Shown here one piece after another: positions 1 to 12,081 of a stretch of 64,000 bases of DNA. Source of the stretch: Leucoraja ocellata (lineage: Eukaryota). The notes under the pieces were generated by a model. The model did not search any database and was not told the DNA's origin. It was given only the letters and a program-made list of their open reading frames with translations. Numbering within the stretch: the stretch's first letter is position 1; each line of letters begins with the position of its first letter. Location: contig JAWMAR010000263.1 in the NCBI GenBank assembly GCA_036785375.1, positions 992,001 to 1,056,000 on the forward strand, written 5' to 3'. The position numbers and the translations under genes were made by a program.

Positions 1-506
1 AAAAAAAAAGAATTTAATATCAATTGTGAACAATAATTGTTGCTTTAATGATGTTACTTCTAAAAGGATTATATCATTCGACTACCAGTTGCCTTGGCTG
101 CCTCAATGATTATATAAATTCCTAGAGAAGTAACCTGTGAGGAGATTTTGAATGAAAGGCTTTGAATTAAACCAAATGTGTGTGCAATTATCTTTGCCGT
201 GTTTCCCGACTGGAAACGGGATGAACTGTGAGGTCCAAATCTGCAGTGTTCAAGTCAGCCCATACTGAGTGGTACAAAACATCTATTTATGACCTTCACA
301 AGGTCTTCAGGGATGCCAAAAGGGAGCTCCGAACCAAGCATGAGTTCCAAAATAAACACCTGAAGACCTGTAGATTGTGATCTACAATAGTGAGTTACAA
401 GGTGATATTGAGCAGTTTCATGTCCATTTGCAACAAACTCAGTGCAGTCTGTGCTCACTTTGAACTGAAGGTCAATGGAAGGATGACCCACAACCCCCTC
501 ATGGTT

Positions 507-3027
507 AGAAATGCGTGCGGCAAGGGCAAAACAGTTATAATGGGTGACTTCAATCTACATATAGATTGGGTGGATCAGGGGTGCTGAGGAAGAGGATTTC
601 TTGGAATGTATGCGGGATAGTTATCTAAATCAACATGTAGAGGAACCAACGAGAGAGCACGCTATTTTGGACTGGGTATTGAGTAATGAGGAAGGGTTAG
701 TTAGCAGTCTTGTTGTACGTGCCCCCTTGGGCAAGAGTGACCATAATATGGTTGAGTTCTTCATTAGGATGGAGAGTGACATTGTTAATTCAGAAACAAT
801 GGTTCTGAACTTAAAGAAAAGTAACTTTGAGGGTATGAGACGTGAATTGGCCAAGATTGACTGGCAATTAATTCTAAAAGGGTTGACGGTGGATATGCAA
901 TGGAAGACATTTAAAGACTGCATGGATGAACTACAAAAATTGTTCATCCCAGTTTGGCAAAAGAATAAATCAGGGAAGGTAGTACATCTGTGGATAACAA
1001 GGGAAATCAGGGATAGTATCAAAGCGAAGGATGATGCGTACAAATTAGCCAGAAAAAGCAGCATACCGGAGGACTGGGAGAAATTCGGAGACCTGCAGAG
1101 GAGGACAAAGGGCTTAATTAGGAAAGGAAAAATAGATTATGAAAGAAAACTGGCAGGGAACATAAAAACTGACTGCAAAAGTTTTTATAGATATGTGAAA
1201 AGAAAGAGATTAGTTAAAACAAATGTAGGTCCATTGCAGTCAGAAACAGGTGAGTTGATCATGGTGAACAAGGATATGGCGGACCAATTGAATAACTACT
1301 TTGGTTCCGTCTTCACTAAGGAAGACATAAATAATCTGCCGGAAATAGCAAGGGACCGCAGGTCAAAGGAGTTGGAGGAATTGAGTGAAATCCAGGTTAG
1401 CCGGGAAGTGGTGTTGGGTAAATTGAATGGATTAAAGGCCGATAAATCCCCAGGGCCAGATAGGCTGCATACCAGAGTACTTAAGGAAGTAGCTCCAGAA
1501 ATAGTGGATGCATTAGTAATAATCTTTCAAAACTCTTTAGATTCTGGAGTAGTTCCTGAGGATTGGCGGGTAGCAAACGTAACCCCACTTTTTAAGAAGG
1601 GAGGGAGAGAGAAAACGGGGAATTACAGACCAGTTAGTCTAACATCGGTAGTGGGGAAACTGCTAGAGTCAGTTATTAAAGATGGGATAGCAGCACATTT
1701 GGAAAGTGGTGAAATCATTGGACAAAGTCAGCATGGATTTACGAAAGGTAAATCATGTCTGACGAATCTTATAGAATTTTTCGAGGATGTAACTAGTAGC
1801 GTGGATAGGGGAGAACCAGTGGATGTGGTGTATCTGGACTTCCAGAAGGCTTTCGACAAGGTCCCACATAAGAGATTAGTATACTAACCAAAAGCACACG
1901 ACATTGTGGGTTCAGTATTGATGTGGATAGATAACTGGCTGGCAAACAGGAAGCAAAGAGCAGGAGTAAACGGGTCCTTTTCACAATGGCAGGCAGTGAC
2001 TAGTGGGGTACCGCAAGGCTCAGTGCTGGGACCCCAGCTATTTACAATATATATTAATGATCTGGATGAGGGAATTGAAGGCAATGTCTCCAAGTTTGTG
2101 GATGACACTAAGCTGGGGGGCAGTGTTAGCTGTGAGGAGGATGCTAGGAGACTGCAAGGTGACTTGGATAGGCTGGGTGAGTTGAGTGGGCAAATGTTTG
2201 GCAGATGCAGTATAATGTGGATAAATGTGAGGTTATCCATTTTGGTGGCAAAAACGGGAAAGCAGACTATTATCTAAATGGTGGCCGACTAGGAAAAGGG
2301 GAGATGCAGCGAGACATGGGTGTCATGGTACACCAGTCATTGAAAGTAGGCATGCAGGTGCAGCAGGCAGTGAAGAAAGCGAATGGTATGTTAGCTTTCA
2401 TAGCAAAAGGATTTGAGTATAGGAGCAGGGAGGTTCTGCTGCAGTTGTACAGGGTCTTGGTGAGACCACACCTGGAGTATTGCGTACAGTTTTGGTCTCC
2501 AAATCTGAGGAAGGACATTATTGCCATAGAGTGAGTGCAGAGAAGGTTCACCAGACTGATTCCTGGGGTGTCAGGGCTCTTATGAAGAAAGACTGGATAG
2601 ACTTGGTTTATACTCTCTAGAATTTAGGAGATTGAGAGGGGATCTTATAGAAACTTCTTAAGGGGTTGGACAGGCTAGATGCAGGAAGATTGCTCCTGAT
2701 GTTGGGGAAGTCCAGGACAAGAGGTCACAGCTTAAGGATAAGAGGGAAATCCTTTAAAACCGAGATGAGAAGAACTTTTTTCACACAAAGAGTGGTGAAT
2801 CTCTGGAACTCTCTGCCACAGAGGGTAGTTGAGGCCAGTTCATTGGCTATATTTAAGAGGGAGTTAGATGTGGCCCTTCTGGCTAAGGGGATCAGAGGGT
2901 ATGGAGAGAAGGCAGGTACGGGATACTGAGTTGAATGATCAGCCATGATCATATTGAATGGCGGTGCAGGCCCGAAGGGCCGAATGGCCTACTCCTGCAC
3001 CTAATTTCTATATTTCTATGTTTCTAT
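507..3027 (+). mobile_element. 5'-truncated CR1-clade LINE (ORF2 APE-endonuclease remnant + RT), disabled
   Basis: ORFs read VIMGDFN (APE), [53 protein letters not shown], and the C-terminal RTRGHSL...FFTQRVV. Stop at 1885-1887, frameshift near 2180 and stop at 2532; 3' tail (tttctatg)n. Confidence 0.95.
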
Positions 3028-3149
3028 GGTTGGTGTTAACAATGTACGAGTGGCCTCCCTGAGAGTGAATTGCAGAAAGCAACTGATCATGATGGAGTAC
3101 CTGATCTTGTCCTTAGGATCTACGTGGACCTATAGGAGTATTCACAGAC

Positions 3150-4100
3150 ATCTTTAACCTCTCACAGTCAATTTTGATGTCCCCATCTCCTTTAAGAAGA
3201 CCACTATCATCCCAGTACAAGGTAAGGAAAGCAAGATAGTGTTCCTAAATGACTCCCATCCAGTGGCTCCAACAGAATTGGCCACTTGGTCATGGGTACT
3301 TTGGGGGTCTAGTAAAGGGCCTATTATTAATGCTCCGAGAGGCTGGTCAGGAGTGCATCTTAAAGGGGCTGTCCCACTGTACAAGGTAATTCAAGTGCTC
3401 TCCCGAGTTTAAAAAAAAATCAAAATTGTGGTAAGCACGTAGAATGTACATAGAGGGTACATCGGGTCACTTAGTGGCTCGTAACTCTAACGGCAGGTAC
3501 TTGGGAAACGCGGTAAGCTTTTGAAGAATCGTGAAGATTTTTCAACCTGTTGAAAAATGTCCACGAGAGCCCCGAGTACCTACGAGCGGCTATTACCGTA
3601 ATTCTCTGTGTTCGAATCAGGGGAAACTCGGGAGAACTCTTGAATTAGCTCGTACAGTGGGACAGCCCCTTAACTTCAGCCTTACAGTCAGCCTTGATTC
3701 ATTGCAGTTTGCCCACCATCACAACAGGGCCATGGCAGATGCCATCTCACTGGCCCTCTACTTCTCTGGAACAATTAGATAATAAGGATAGATATGTTAG
3801 ATTCTTATTTATTGACTAAAGCTCTGTTTTCAACGCCCCATCACCTCCAAACTCATCTCCAAATGCCTATACCAGAAATTAGCACCTTCCCTCTGCCACT
3901 GGATATTCTGACCCACAGACCACAACCTGCGAAGACAGGCAACTAAACACACTCCATGATATTTCTCAAAACCGATGCCCCTTAAGGATGTATTCTTTGT
4001 CTTGCTACACTGCCTGTACACGCACAAATGTGCGGCTAAATTCTGTTCTAACTTAACTTACAAGTTTGCAGATGACACCATTGTAATGGACTGGAACTCA
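3150..4100 (+). mobile_element. Old non-LTR RT fragment (Rex1/Babar-like), interrupted by a MITE
   Basis: Remnants FKKTTIIPV near 3190 and YKFADDT near 4060; many stops. Confidence 0.55.
3364..3670. mobile_element. PIF/Harbinger-like MITE
   Basis: TIR aggggctgtcccactgtac / gtacagtgggacagcccct; TAA on both sides (3361-3363, 3671-3673). Confidence 0.85.
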
Positions 4101-4436
4101 AACAGGGCAGTGAACATACATAATTTCCTACCACATAAAGCCAAGCTGCTGAATATATTTAAGAAGGTGAGAGGTAGATTTCCAGATGAGAAAGGTGTCA
4201 ATGAATATCGGAAGAATGCAGGGATATGAAAATGACATAGAGAATCAGCCGTGATCACATTGAATAGTGGACCATTATGGAAGGGTGAATGGCTCACTCC
4301 TGACCTGATGTTTTGTTTCAAAGTAGTAAATCCACAGATTTTTAGTTTTTTCAGATTGTTTTTGAATGAGACTAAGATTTGGCCACATCCATTTGGGGAA
4401 TGCTCTTATATTAAGGATTAACAAGTTTAAACAACA

Positions 4437-4461
4437 TGTGTGTGTGTGTGTGTGTGCATGT

Positions 4462-4492
<31 letters not shown>

Positions 4493-4494
4493 GT
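4437..4494. repeat. (TG)n microsatellite followed by a poly-G run
   Basis: Direct reading. Confidence 0.95.
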
Positions 4495-5509
4495 GATTTG
4501 ACCAAATATATTCTCATTGCATCATGTTAGATTTTTAAAATACCTTGTCCCACTTCTTGACGTATGTTATCAGTCATGTTCTACAATGAACGTTTGGTGT
4601 ATAAAAAGACTGAAGGATTGTCGTATCCTTGTACTATTTGTCATCCTGTTTCGTGATTTCATGGGGGTCCTGCAATCACAGTCCCACAATGAGCCACATT
4701 GATCTTAAGTAAACTCACACAACCATAACGTTGGAAGACATAACCTTTGAGAAATGCTCAGCAGGGAATAAACACCAGCTCTAATGCTCTCAGCAGAGTT
4801 TCAGTTCCTTCTTGGCATATTTACAGTGTAATATGAACAGACTTCAAAATCAGTGACAATGACCAAAAGGGCTTATTTTTTCACCTGTTTCCACACATTC
4901 GCCCAGAATGCACAAAGCACATAAATCATCTTATTTCACGGTTCACTTACTGCAGTTTCTGTAAAATCTAATTTATTGCTTAGCTTTTGTTTAAAAAAAG
5001 TGTTTGCTGATTTATTGATTCATTGGAATCAAGCTGTCAACCTCCCTGCAGGGAGACTTTGTGTAGCTAGCCAGTAACCACACTGATAAGATCAGAACAA
5101 GATAGCGATATGGTAAAATGGGGAGCTGCGGCATATTTTTTCTTAAAGACCTGCGTATCTAAATACATCATTAAATATATTCAGGTTGAGATAGATGGGA
5201 TTAAAACCGAGTCTAGATGGTATAAGGACTGGGTAGCTGAGTTGAGACCAAGACCAGATTGATCATACAGTTAGAGGAGCTATTTAATATCAAAGAGTCA
5301 CAGAGCTATACAGGGCTGCCAACATTGGGTGAGAGTTGGCAGCCCTGTCTATACAACACAGACACTGGTCTTCAGACCAACTTATCCAAATTTACTAAAT
5401 TGCCCAACTAAACTAATCCCACTTGTTTGTGCTTGGCACATATTCCATCAAACCTTTTCTATGCATGTATTTGTCCAAGTATCTTCCATAACCTCTGAAT
5501 TGTGCCCAC

Positions 5510-5897
5510 GTCAGCATCCATCAAGACTCCTCACACCCTTGTAATGGACTGTTTGAACTACTTCCTTCCGGCAGATGTTACAAGGCCTTCTACACCCTCA
5601 CCTCCAGACTCAGGAACAGCTTCATTCCCAGAGCTGTAGCTGCTCTGAACTGGCCCTGCTGAGTGCCCCCACCCCCATGGACTGTCTCCCTCGGATGGTC
5701 ACGTCGCACAGATACATCTGCACTTTAGTCTGTTTTGACTGTTTTACTGTTTTAATGTTCTTTTTACAAACCATGTTCTTGGGGTATCTAAATCTAAATT
5801 GTATTAAATTGTATTTAAGGTATGACATCGGATGGAAACTGCATACCCAAATCTCGTTGCACTTATGTGCAATGACAATCAAATATACTATTATTAC

Positions 5898-5970
<73 letters not shown>
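5510..5970 (+). mobile_element. 3' end of a Rex1/Babar-like LINE with long (ATT)n tail
   Basis: Remnant resembling HPCNGLFELLPSGR...RNSF; (att)n at about 5888-5970. Confidence 0.7.
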
Positions 5971-5973
<3 letters not shown>

Positions 5974-6686
5974 ATTTCCATTGGCAGCTCATTTGACAAG
6001 CACAGCATCCTCTGTGTGGAACACATTGCCCCTGGTGTCCCTTTTAAAACGTTCCCTTCTCATCTTAAATCTATGCCCTGTAGTTTTAGACTCCTCTACC
6101 CTTGGGAAATGGCTATGGCTTTTTAACTTTTCCATGCTCCTCATGGTTTTATAAACCTCAATAAAGTCACCTCTGTGTTCCTTTTTTCCTTTGTTGCAGG
6201 GGGCAAATATTCAATCTATCCAGCTTCTGCTCATAACTCAAACCTCCCTGACCCAGGAATATCCCCATAAACATATCTTGAGCCCTTTCCAGTTTAATAA
6301 CATCCTTCCATCCAATGCAAGGCAACCGAAAAAGTGCACAGTATGCCAAATGTCATCTTACAAACATCTTGTAGAGGTGTAACATGACATTCAAGCTCCT
6401 GTGCTCAATACATTGACCATGAAAGGCAAACATACCAAATGCTTTCTTCACCACCCTCCTACCTGTGTTGTCACTTTCTTGAAAATATGTACCTGCACCC
6501 CTCAGTCTCTCTTTACTACAAGTCTCATTTACTGCACGTCCAGCCCTGGTTTGTCTTACCAAAATGAAACACCTCACATTTATCTGAATTAACTTCCATC
6601 TGCCATTCCACAGCCCATTGGCCCATTTGATCAAGATTTCCTTGTAATATTAGATAACGTTCCTCACTCTCTGCTATAACCACCAA
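5971..6686 (-). mobile_element. Old CR1 fragment, left part of the CR1 split by the DIRS insertion
   Basis: Minus-strand CR1-like residues (VVKKAFGMFAF, KLERAQ); the RT motif KFxDDTKIGG is cut at 6686. Confidence 0.75.
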
Positions 6687-9600
6687 TTTTACTTCGGAGT
6701 CACGTGAGTGACTACGTGAAGAGCCCGCTCAGCACGCATGCGCGACATTGCGTTCACGCAGGCAACAGCGATGCAGCGGGAGTCAGGCGCTCCCGCTATA
6801 AGCCTGAAGGAAAGGACCGTTAGGTAAGTACTTACCTTCAGTTTAAAGTAGTGACTTTGCGTTCGTTTTTGCTCCAGGGGGAGCAAAGCAGCAGAGGGAA
6901 GCGGCCCCCGTTCGACTCCAGGGAAGGAACCGACAGTGGAGGGGGGAGAGGCGGCAACGGGACCGCACACGCTGCGGTCCACAGACACGGGTGCTGCGCT
7001 GATGCCCAGTCCGCTAAACAGCTGTCTGACCAACAGCAGAGGACTGGAGGGAAATTCAAAAACCGGCCGGCACCCCTGCAGACTTCCGACAAGGAGACTC
7101 GCCGCCCGAGAACCGCTGAAATGCCGCCCGAAAACGGCAGACAGCCTCTAACAGCAAGGTCAGGACCAACCTCAGGCTGGAGACAGACACGGAAGATGGA
7201 ATCAGCACTTCAAACAAGAAACAAGAGTGTCTGTTTCTCCAAGCCAGAGGAAGGTCATGGAACTAAAAACTCCAGCGAGACTTGCCTCAGGAGCAGGGGC
7301 AAGTCCGCCAAGGGAGCTAACACTCCCACTCCAGTGCCTAACTGCATTGGCCATCTCCCTTGTCGAGGGATTGATGGGGACCAGACTGGACTGGTCAAGA
7401 AGAGGGGTCACTGGCTGAAGTTTATCGGGAGTATGCTTGAGGTATAGGATCAGGAAGAGCTGCTGGGTGTGGCCGCTATGTGGCTCCACCACTAGCGAGA
7501 TGGCTTTTCAGTCTCAACTGATGGCCAGCTTACTACCTGTTCTTTTAAAAAAAACCTCTCCAAGACAGGTAGTCATGAGGTGTTGGATTCATCACGCCTC
7601 CCCTAAATTGCATTTACTCAAAGTGCCCACCGTTATTGGGGGGTACATTGAGCATTGCTTTAAAACCCAAATATCTTCAAATGCGTTTGATATCCCTGAC
7701 GTCGGTTATCATTTTGCATGCTCATTTCAGAGGGACAGGGTAGTATGGCAAAACACCTGACCCTACTGCTTGCAGTGCTCCGCAACTTCTTAGGAAGTTA
7801 TAAAACCTGCCCTCAACTTAAAAAATTACAGGACTGTGAGAATGCCAACCTCTCAACCACAGATCCTGCTAGCTGGCTAAGTTATCAAACCAAGCCTAAA
7901 AAACTGGAGAAGTATCCAAAATTCGGCATCTAGAGGGCAGGGTCTGGAATGAGCACCACACGAAACCAGCAGCAGTGCCTCTAGGCGTCCACCAGTAGGC
8001 GTCCATCTAATAGTACTGGTGTAAACTCGGGGCCCGCATGCCAACCACCAGTAAGCCCTGTTTTGTCAGGCCAGGGTCCAGAACGGGCCCCCTGGAAAAA
8101 TGTGCCACCCCCAACAACACCATCCCTACGGACAAGGAACCAGAAACCGAAGAGATGAACACACCACGGAACAACAGTGAAATAAGATAAGTATGGTTCC
8201 TGCCATCACACAAAAGATGAAGGGTTTGTACTAACAAAGCATTCAAGGATAAAATTAAATTAGATCCCATCCTGCTCGGCCTTTTGGCTAAGATTAGTAG
8301 TAACTGCCTTATTAGTTTATATCTGATATGTCCCTTCCCAGGGACCATACAATACCAGTACAGCATGCACCTTAGGGGTCTACCCTCCCACTAATAAGAA
8401 CATGAGGGACTAGCAACTGGGGGTAATAATTATACAGGGGTCATATAGAAGCCTATATGAACCTTTGGTACCAACTAACCACGTCGCCATCATTGATATC
8501 AAGGGGTCATAATAAACCCAGTATGAACCTTTGGCTCTAAAAATCCCAACATGGTATATGTCGCACCGTCATTGACTTGCCACTTGAGTATCTCGCCAGG
8601 CCACGCTTGGAATATTGAAACTGCCAACCTTTCATTCCAAGCATACTTAATGGTAGACATCAACTTAAAAGATGCATACTATTCAGTACCCATTCAAAGA
8701 ACTTGGAGATAACTTGGCAGTATTAATTATCGACTATGACTATTACAGCCAAACTGGTTCCAGATATTCTAACCAGCCCTGGCTATATTAAGGAACTATC
8801 GTCATGGCATGTTCCAATGATATTAACGACGACTAATCCATGGGTATAGCTATCACAGCTTTAGTTATTATTCTTTTAGCCGAGCTTGTCATGCAATCCA
8901 GATAGATCTACGATTGAAACCATCGCTCTCAGCCTTGACTAAGATCAAGCTGAGTATCTGTTGTTGTTAGTTCTATTTTGACTTTGATATTGACATATAT
9001 CAATTGATTTGGAACAGGGAGATGGGGAGGGGCTTGTTCCGTCCACTCCACGCATCAACCAGTATTGCAGTACCTTGAAATATAAATCCTCTACTGTTGA
9101 CTATTTGGTATTCAACACCCTACCCACTTATCTTTAACTTGGCATAGGAGAGTCAGTATGACACAACCTGTAACAATTAATGGTATCTACCTACCATTCA
9201 ACAGTGGCAAGAGTATTGGGAGTTAGTAGCAGCTGTTCCAGCTACTTAACTTGAATCTTCCATTAAGGCTAGGTGCTAATGTTTAAACTACCCTCACCCA
9301 AAACATGGTGGCATAAGGACTAATCTGGAGTCGTCATCACTATAGACACTAGGCGTAAAACCTAGTTTGGAAATTTTGAGTACGCTCTATTGGCAAAGCA
9401 TATTATCCTGCAGTGCACCATTTTGTACATCACAGTAGTGACATACACAAACCACTTGGGCAGAATAAATCGATATCATGTGACATTTATTTAACAATTG
9501 GAAACTACAGGTCGTCAAAAATATCCGACCATCAGCAAACTTACCCACTAGGTGAGCTAAATACTGTAAACAGACATATTAAACCCAAGTATTGCTGGAA

Positions 9601-11456
9601 TTACAAAGCAATATGGAACACCCGATATCGATTTCACTGTGTTTAAGAGGGAACTGCAGATGCTGGAGAATCGAAGGTTACACAAAAAAGCTGGAGAAAC
9701 TCAGCGGGTGCAGCAGCATCTATGGAGCGAAGGAAATAGGCAACGTTTCGGGCCGAAACCCTTCTTCAGACAATTTTGATTTCACTGTATTCAATTGAAT
9801 TCTCCACATACCGATGTATGTCGCAAGAAACCAAATTTGAGGCAGGGGCAATGAATTCATTCCCACTGAATTAGGAAGCGTGAGGGGGGAATCTAATCTA
9901 CGTTTTTTCCCTTTTTTCCTACCTTATCAGGCACTATGGCCTCATCAGTCGGGTACTACGCACATGCCACGATAAATTAAACTACTGGATTGCAGATTTG
10001 AAAAGACCATCACTGGTCCTGGATTGCAGAATTGGGAAGACCTCTGCTGGGCCTGGATTGTCAACAGCGCTATCAACACAAGGACAGCATCCCATCGCAT
10101 ATCCACTAGGGAACATACTTGGCGAACATCAAGAAGTGGGAAGATACCATTCAAATACAGGAACTACATATTCAACTACAACAAACCTGTACTTGAGTTC
10201 TGGCAGGTCTTCACCACAATGAAGGATTCAGCCAGAAGTGCTCTGTCAACCTACTTAACTCGGGCACCAGGACCACAGGCCATAGGGTACCCCACTGGTG
10301 ATCAAATTTAGGAGAGGTTAATCCCCCAGATCCAGGTACACCCAAATCTGGGATGTCAGTATGGACCTGACGTACCTTAGGGGATGGTCACCAGCCAGGT
10401 CCCTCACCCTGGAACAGTCCACCCTGAAGGGACATGCTGATGGCCTTGTCTCAGCACAAAGAGTCCAGTTTTCCTCCATCCAATACGATTGGACAATATG
10501 GTCCACTACACCATGTTACATTACCATTAGGGACTGGGCAAACAGAGCAGACCAGGAACATCAGGTCTAGTCATGGAATTCCGGGCATACCCACCTGAAC
10601 CACGGTTATGTGTCATGACCCACTTATTGAACTACATCGACACAATAAGTAATCCTCGAGGGAGAGAAAAAGCCTTATGGGTCAGCCACAAGAAACATTA
10701 TGGTCGGGTGACGAGCCAAACTATCTCAAGTGGCTCAAGCAGGTACTGGGAGTTGCTGGAGTACATATTAACGTGTATAAATCTTATTCCACCAGGACAG
10801 CATCCACATCAGTGACTAAGAGGATGGACGTGCCAATGGACCACATCCTGGCTACAGCGGGGTGGTCTAGGGAGTATACGTTCCAAACTTTTATAACAAA
10901 CCACTGACAGAACCTGTATCGTTGCAGAAAAAGAATCTGCAAAAAATATATAATTTAAGCCCGGGGGAGCATTTGGTCTTGTTGTTAATAATACCATTAT
11001 TGTTTTTACAAACAGATTCATGGTTGATTACGATAACATACTTCCTCCCTCGAAAGACTTCGGCAGCGAGTGAAGTATGAACTGTTACACGGTTAGAAAT
11101 CACAGAGCTTTAAAATCTTCACGTAGTCACTCACGTGACTCCGAAGTAAAATAATAAGAATAAACGAGAACTTACAAGTTTGAAGTTTGATCTGTATTTT
11201 ATGAGGAGTTACGATGAGGGATTACATGCCCTCCGCTCCCACCCTCAATAATATGGGTCAAACTGATAACTAAGCTCTCCTTTTCTTTACTATGTTTATT
11301 TCAATAACTGTGTCTGTCTGTGATTACACACCGCTGCTTTGCAGTATGTCGCGCATGCGTGCTGAGCGGGTTCTTCACGTAATCCCTTATCATAACTCCT
11401 CATAAAATACAGATCAAACTTCAAACTGGTAAGTTCTCGTTTAATCTCACTATTTT
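6687..11456 (+). mobile_element. DIRS1-type tyrosine-recombinase retrotransposon, full termini, decayed ORFs
   Basis: Left ITR ttttacttcggagtcacgtgagtgactacgtgaag...gcacgcatgcgcgacat; ICR at ~11116-11226 complementary to both ends; right ITR ~11345-11380 plus extension to 11456. RT remnant DINLKDAYYSVPI (8656-8694); YR C-terminus STRTASTS...ILATAGWS...TF (10677-10907). Confidence 0.92.
9641..9771 (-). mobile_element. Short Penelope-derived element nested in the DIRS
   Basis: Matches the terminus of the Penelope fragment at 46133-46225; flanking direct repeat gatttcactgt (9630-9640, 9778-9788). Confidence 0.8.
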
Positions 11457-11780
11457 AGTGTCATCCACAAACTTACTCGGCATGCCTCCCATAATCCCAT
11501 CCAAATCCTTAATGTAAATAATGAACAAAAGTGGACAAACCATTGATCCCCACTGACACTACTCTTTACAGTCTGTGTCTGTAAACCAACTCTCCCCACC
11601 ACCACCACCACCACCACATATATTCTGTCTTCAAGCCAATTTTGCATCCAATCGGCTAGTTCGCCTTCGATCCCATATGATCTGACTTTTGAGACCAGTC
11701 TCCCATGCGATACCATGTCAAAGACCTTGCTGAAGTCTATGTGGATAATGTCAACTCCACTGCTCTCATCATCTACCTAG
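11457..11780 (-). mobile_element. Old CR1 fragment, right part of the CR1 split by the DIRS insertion
   Basis: Minus-strand VSHGRLVSKVRSYGIEGELADWMQNWL; resumes the KFVDDTK motif. Confidence 0.75.
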
Positions 11781-11937
11781 GAATAGTCAGTATGGGTTTG
11801 TTTTTGGGCGGTCATGTCTTATGAGCTTGATTGAGTTTTTTGAGATGATGAAGGTGATAAATGAGAGTAAAGCAGAGGATGGTGTTTACATAGATTTTAG
11901 TAAGGCATTTGATCAATCTCAGGATATTTGCTGGAAC

Positions 11938-12081
11938 NNNNNNNNNNNNNNNNNNNNNNNNNNNNNNNNNNNNNNNNNNNNNNNNNNNNNNNNNNNNNNN
12001 NNNNNNNNNNNNNNNNNNNNNNNNNNNNNNNNNNNNNNNNNNNNNNNNNNNNNNNNNNNNNNNNNNNNNNNNNNNNNNNNN
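11938..12081. other. Assembly gap (144 N) within a CR1 fragment
   Basis: N run; the left flank reads YIDFSKAFD. Confidence 0.99.

Noticed and set aside
601-2929. Active or domesticated reverse transcriptase
   Set aside because: 5'-truncated, with in-frame stops, frameshifts, and FVDD in place of FADD
5575-6126. Poly-Ile proteins on both strands
   Set aside because: Translation of an (ATT)n LINE tail
6851-7447. 198-aa ORF as a host gene
   Set aside because: Lies in the DIRS leader/gag region, has a non-ATG start and low-complexity composition
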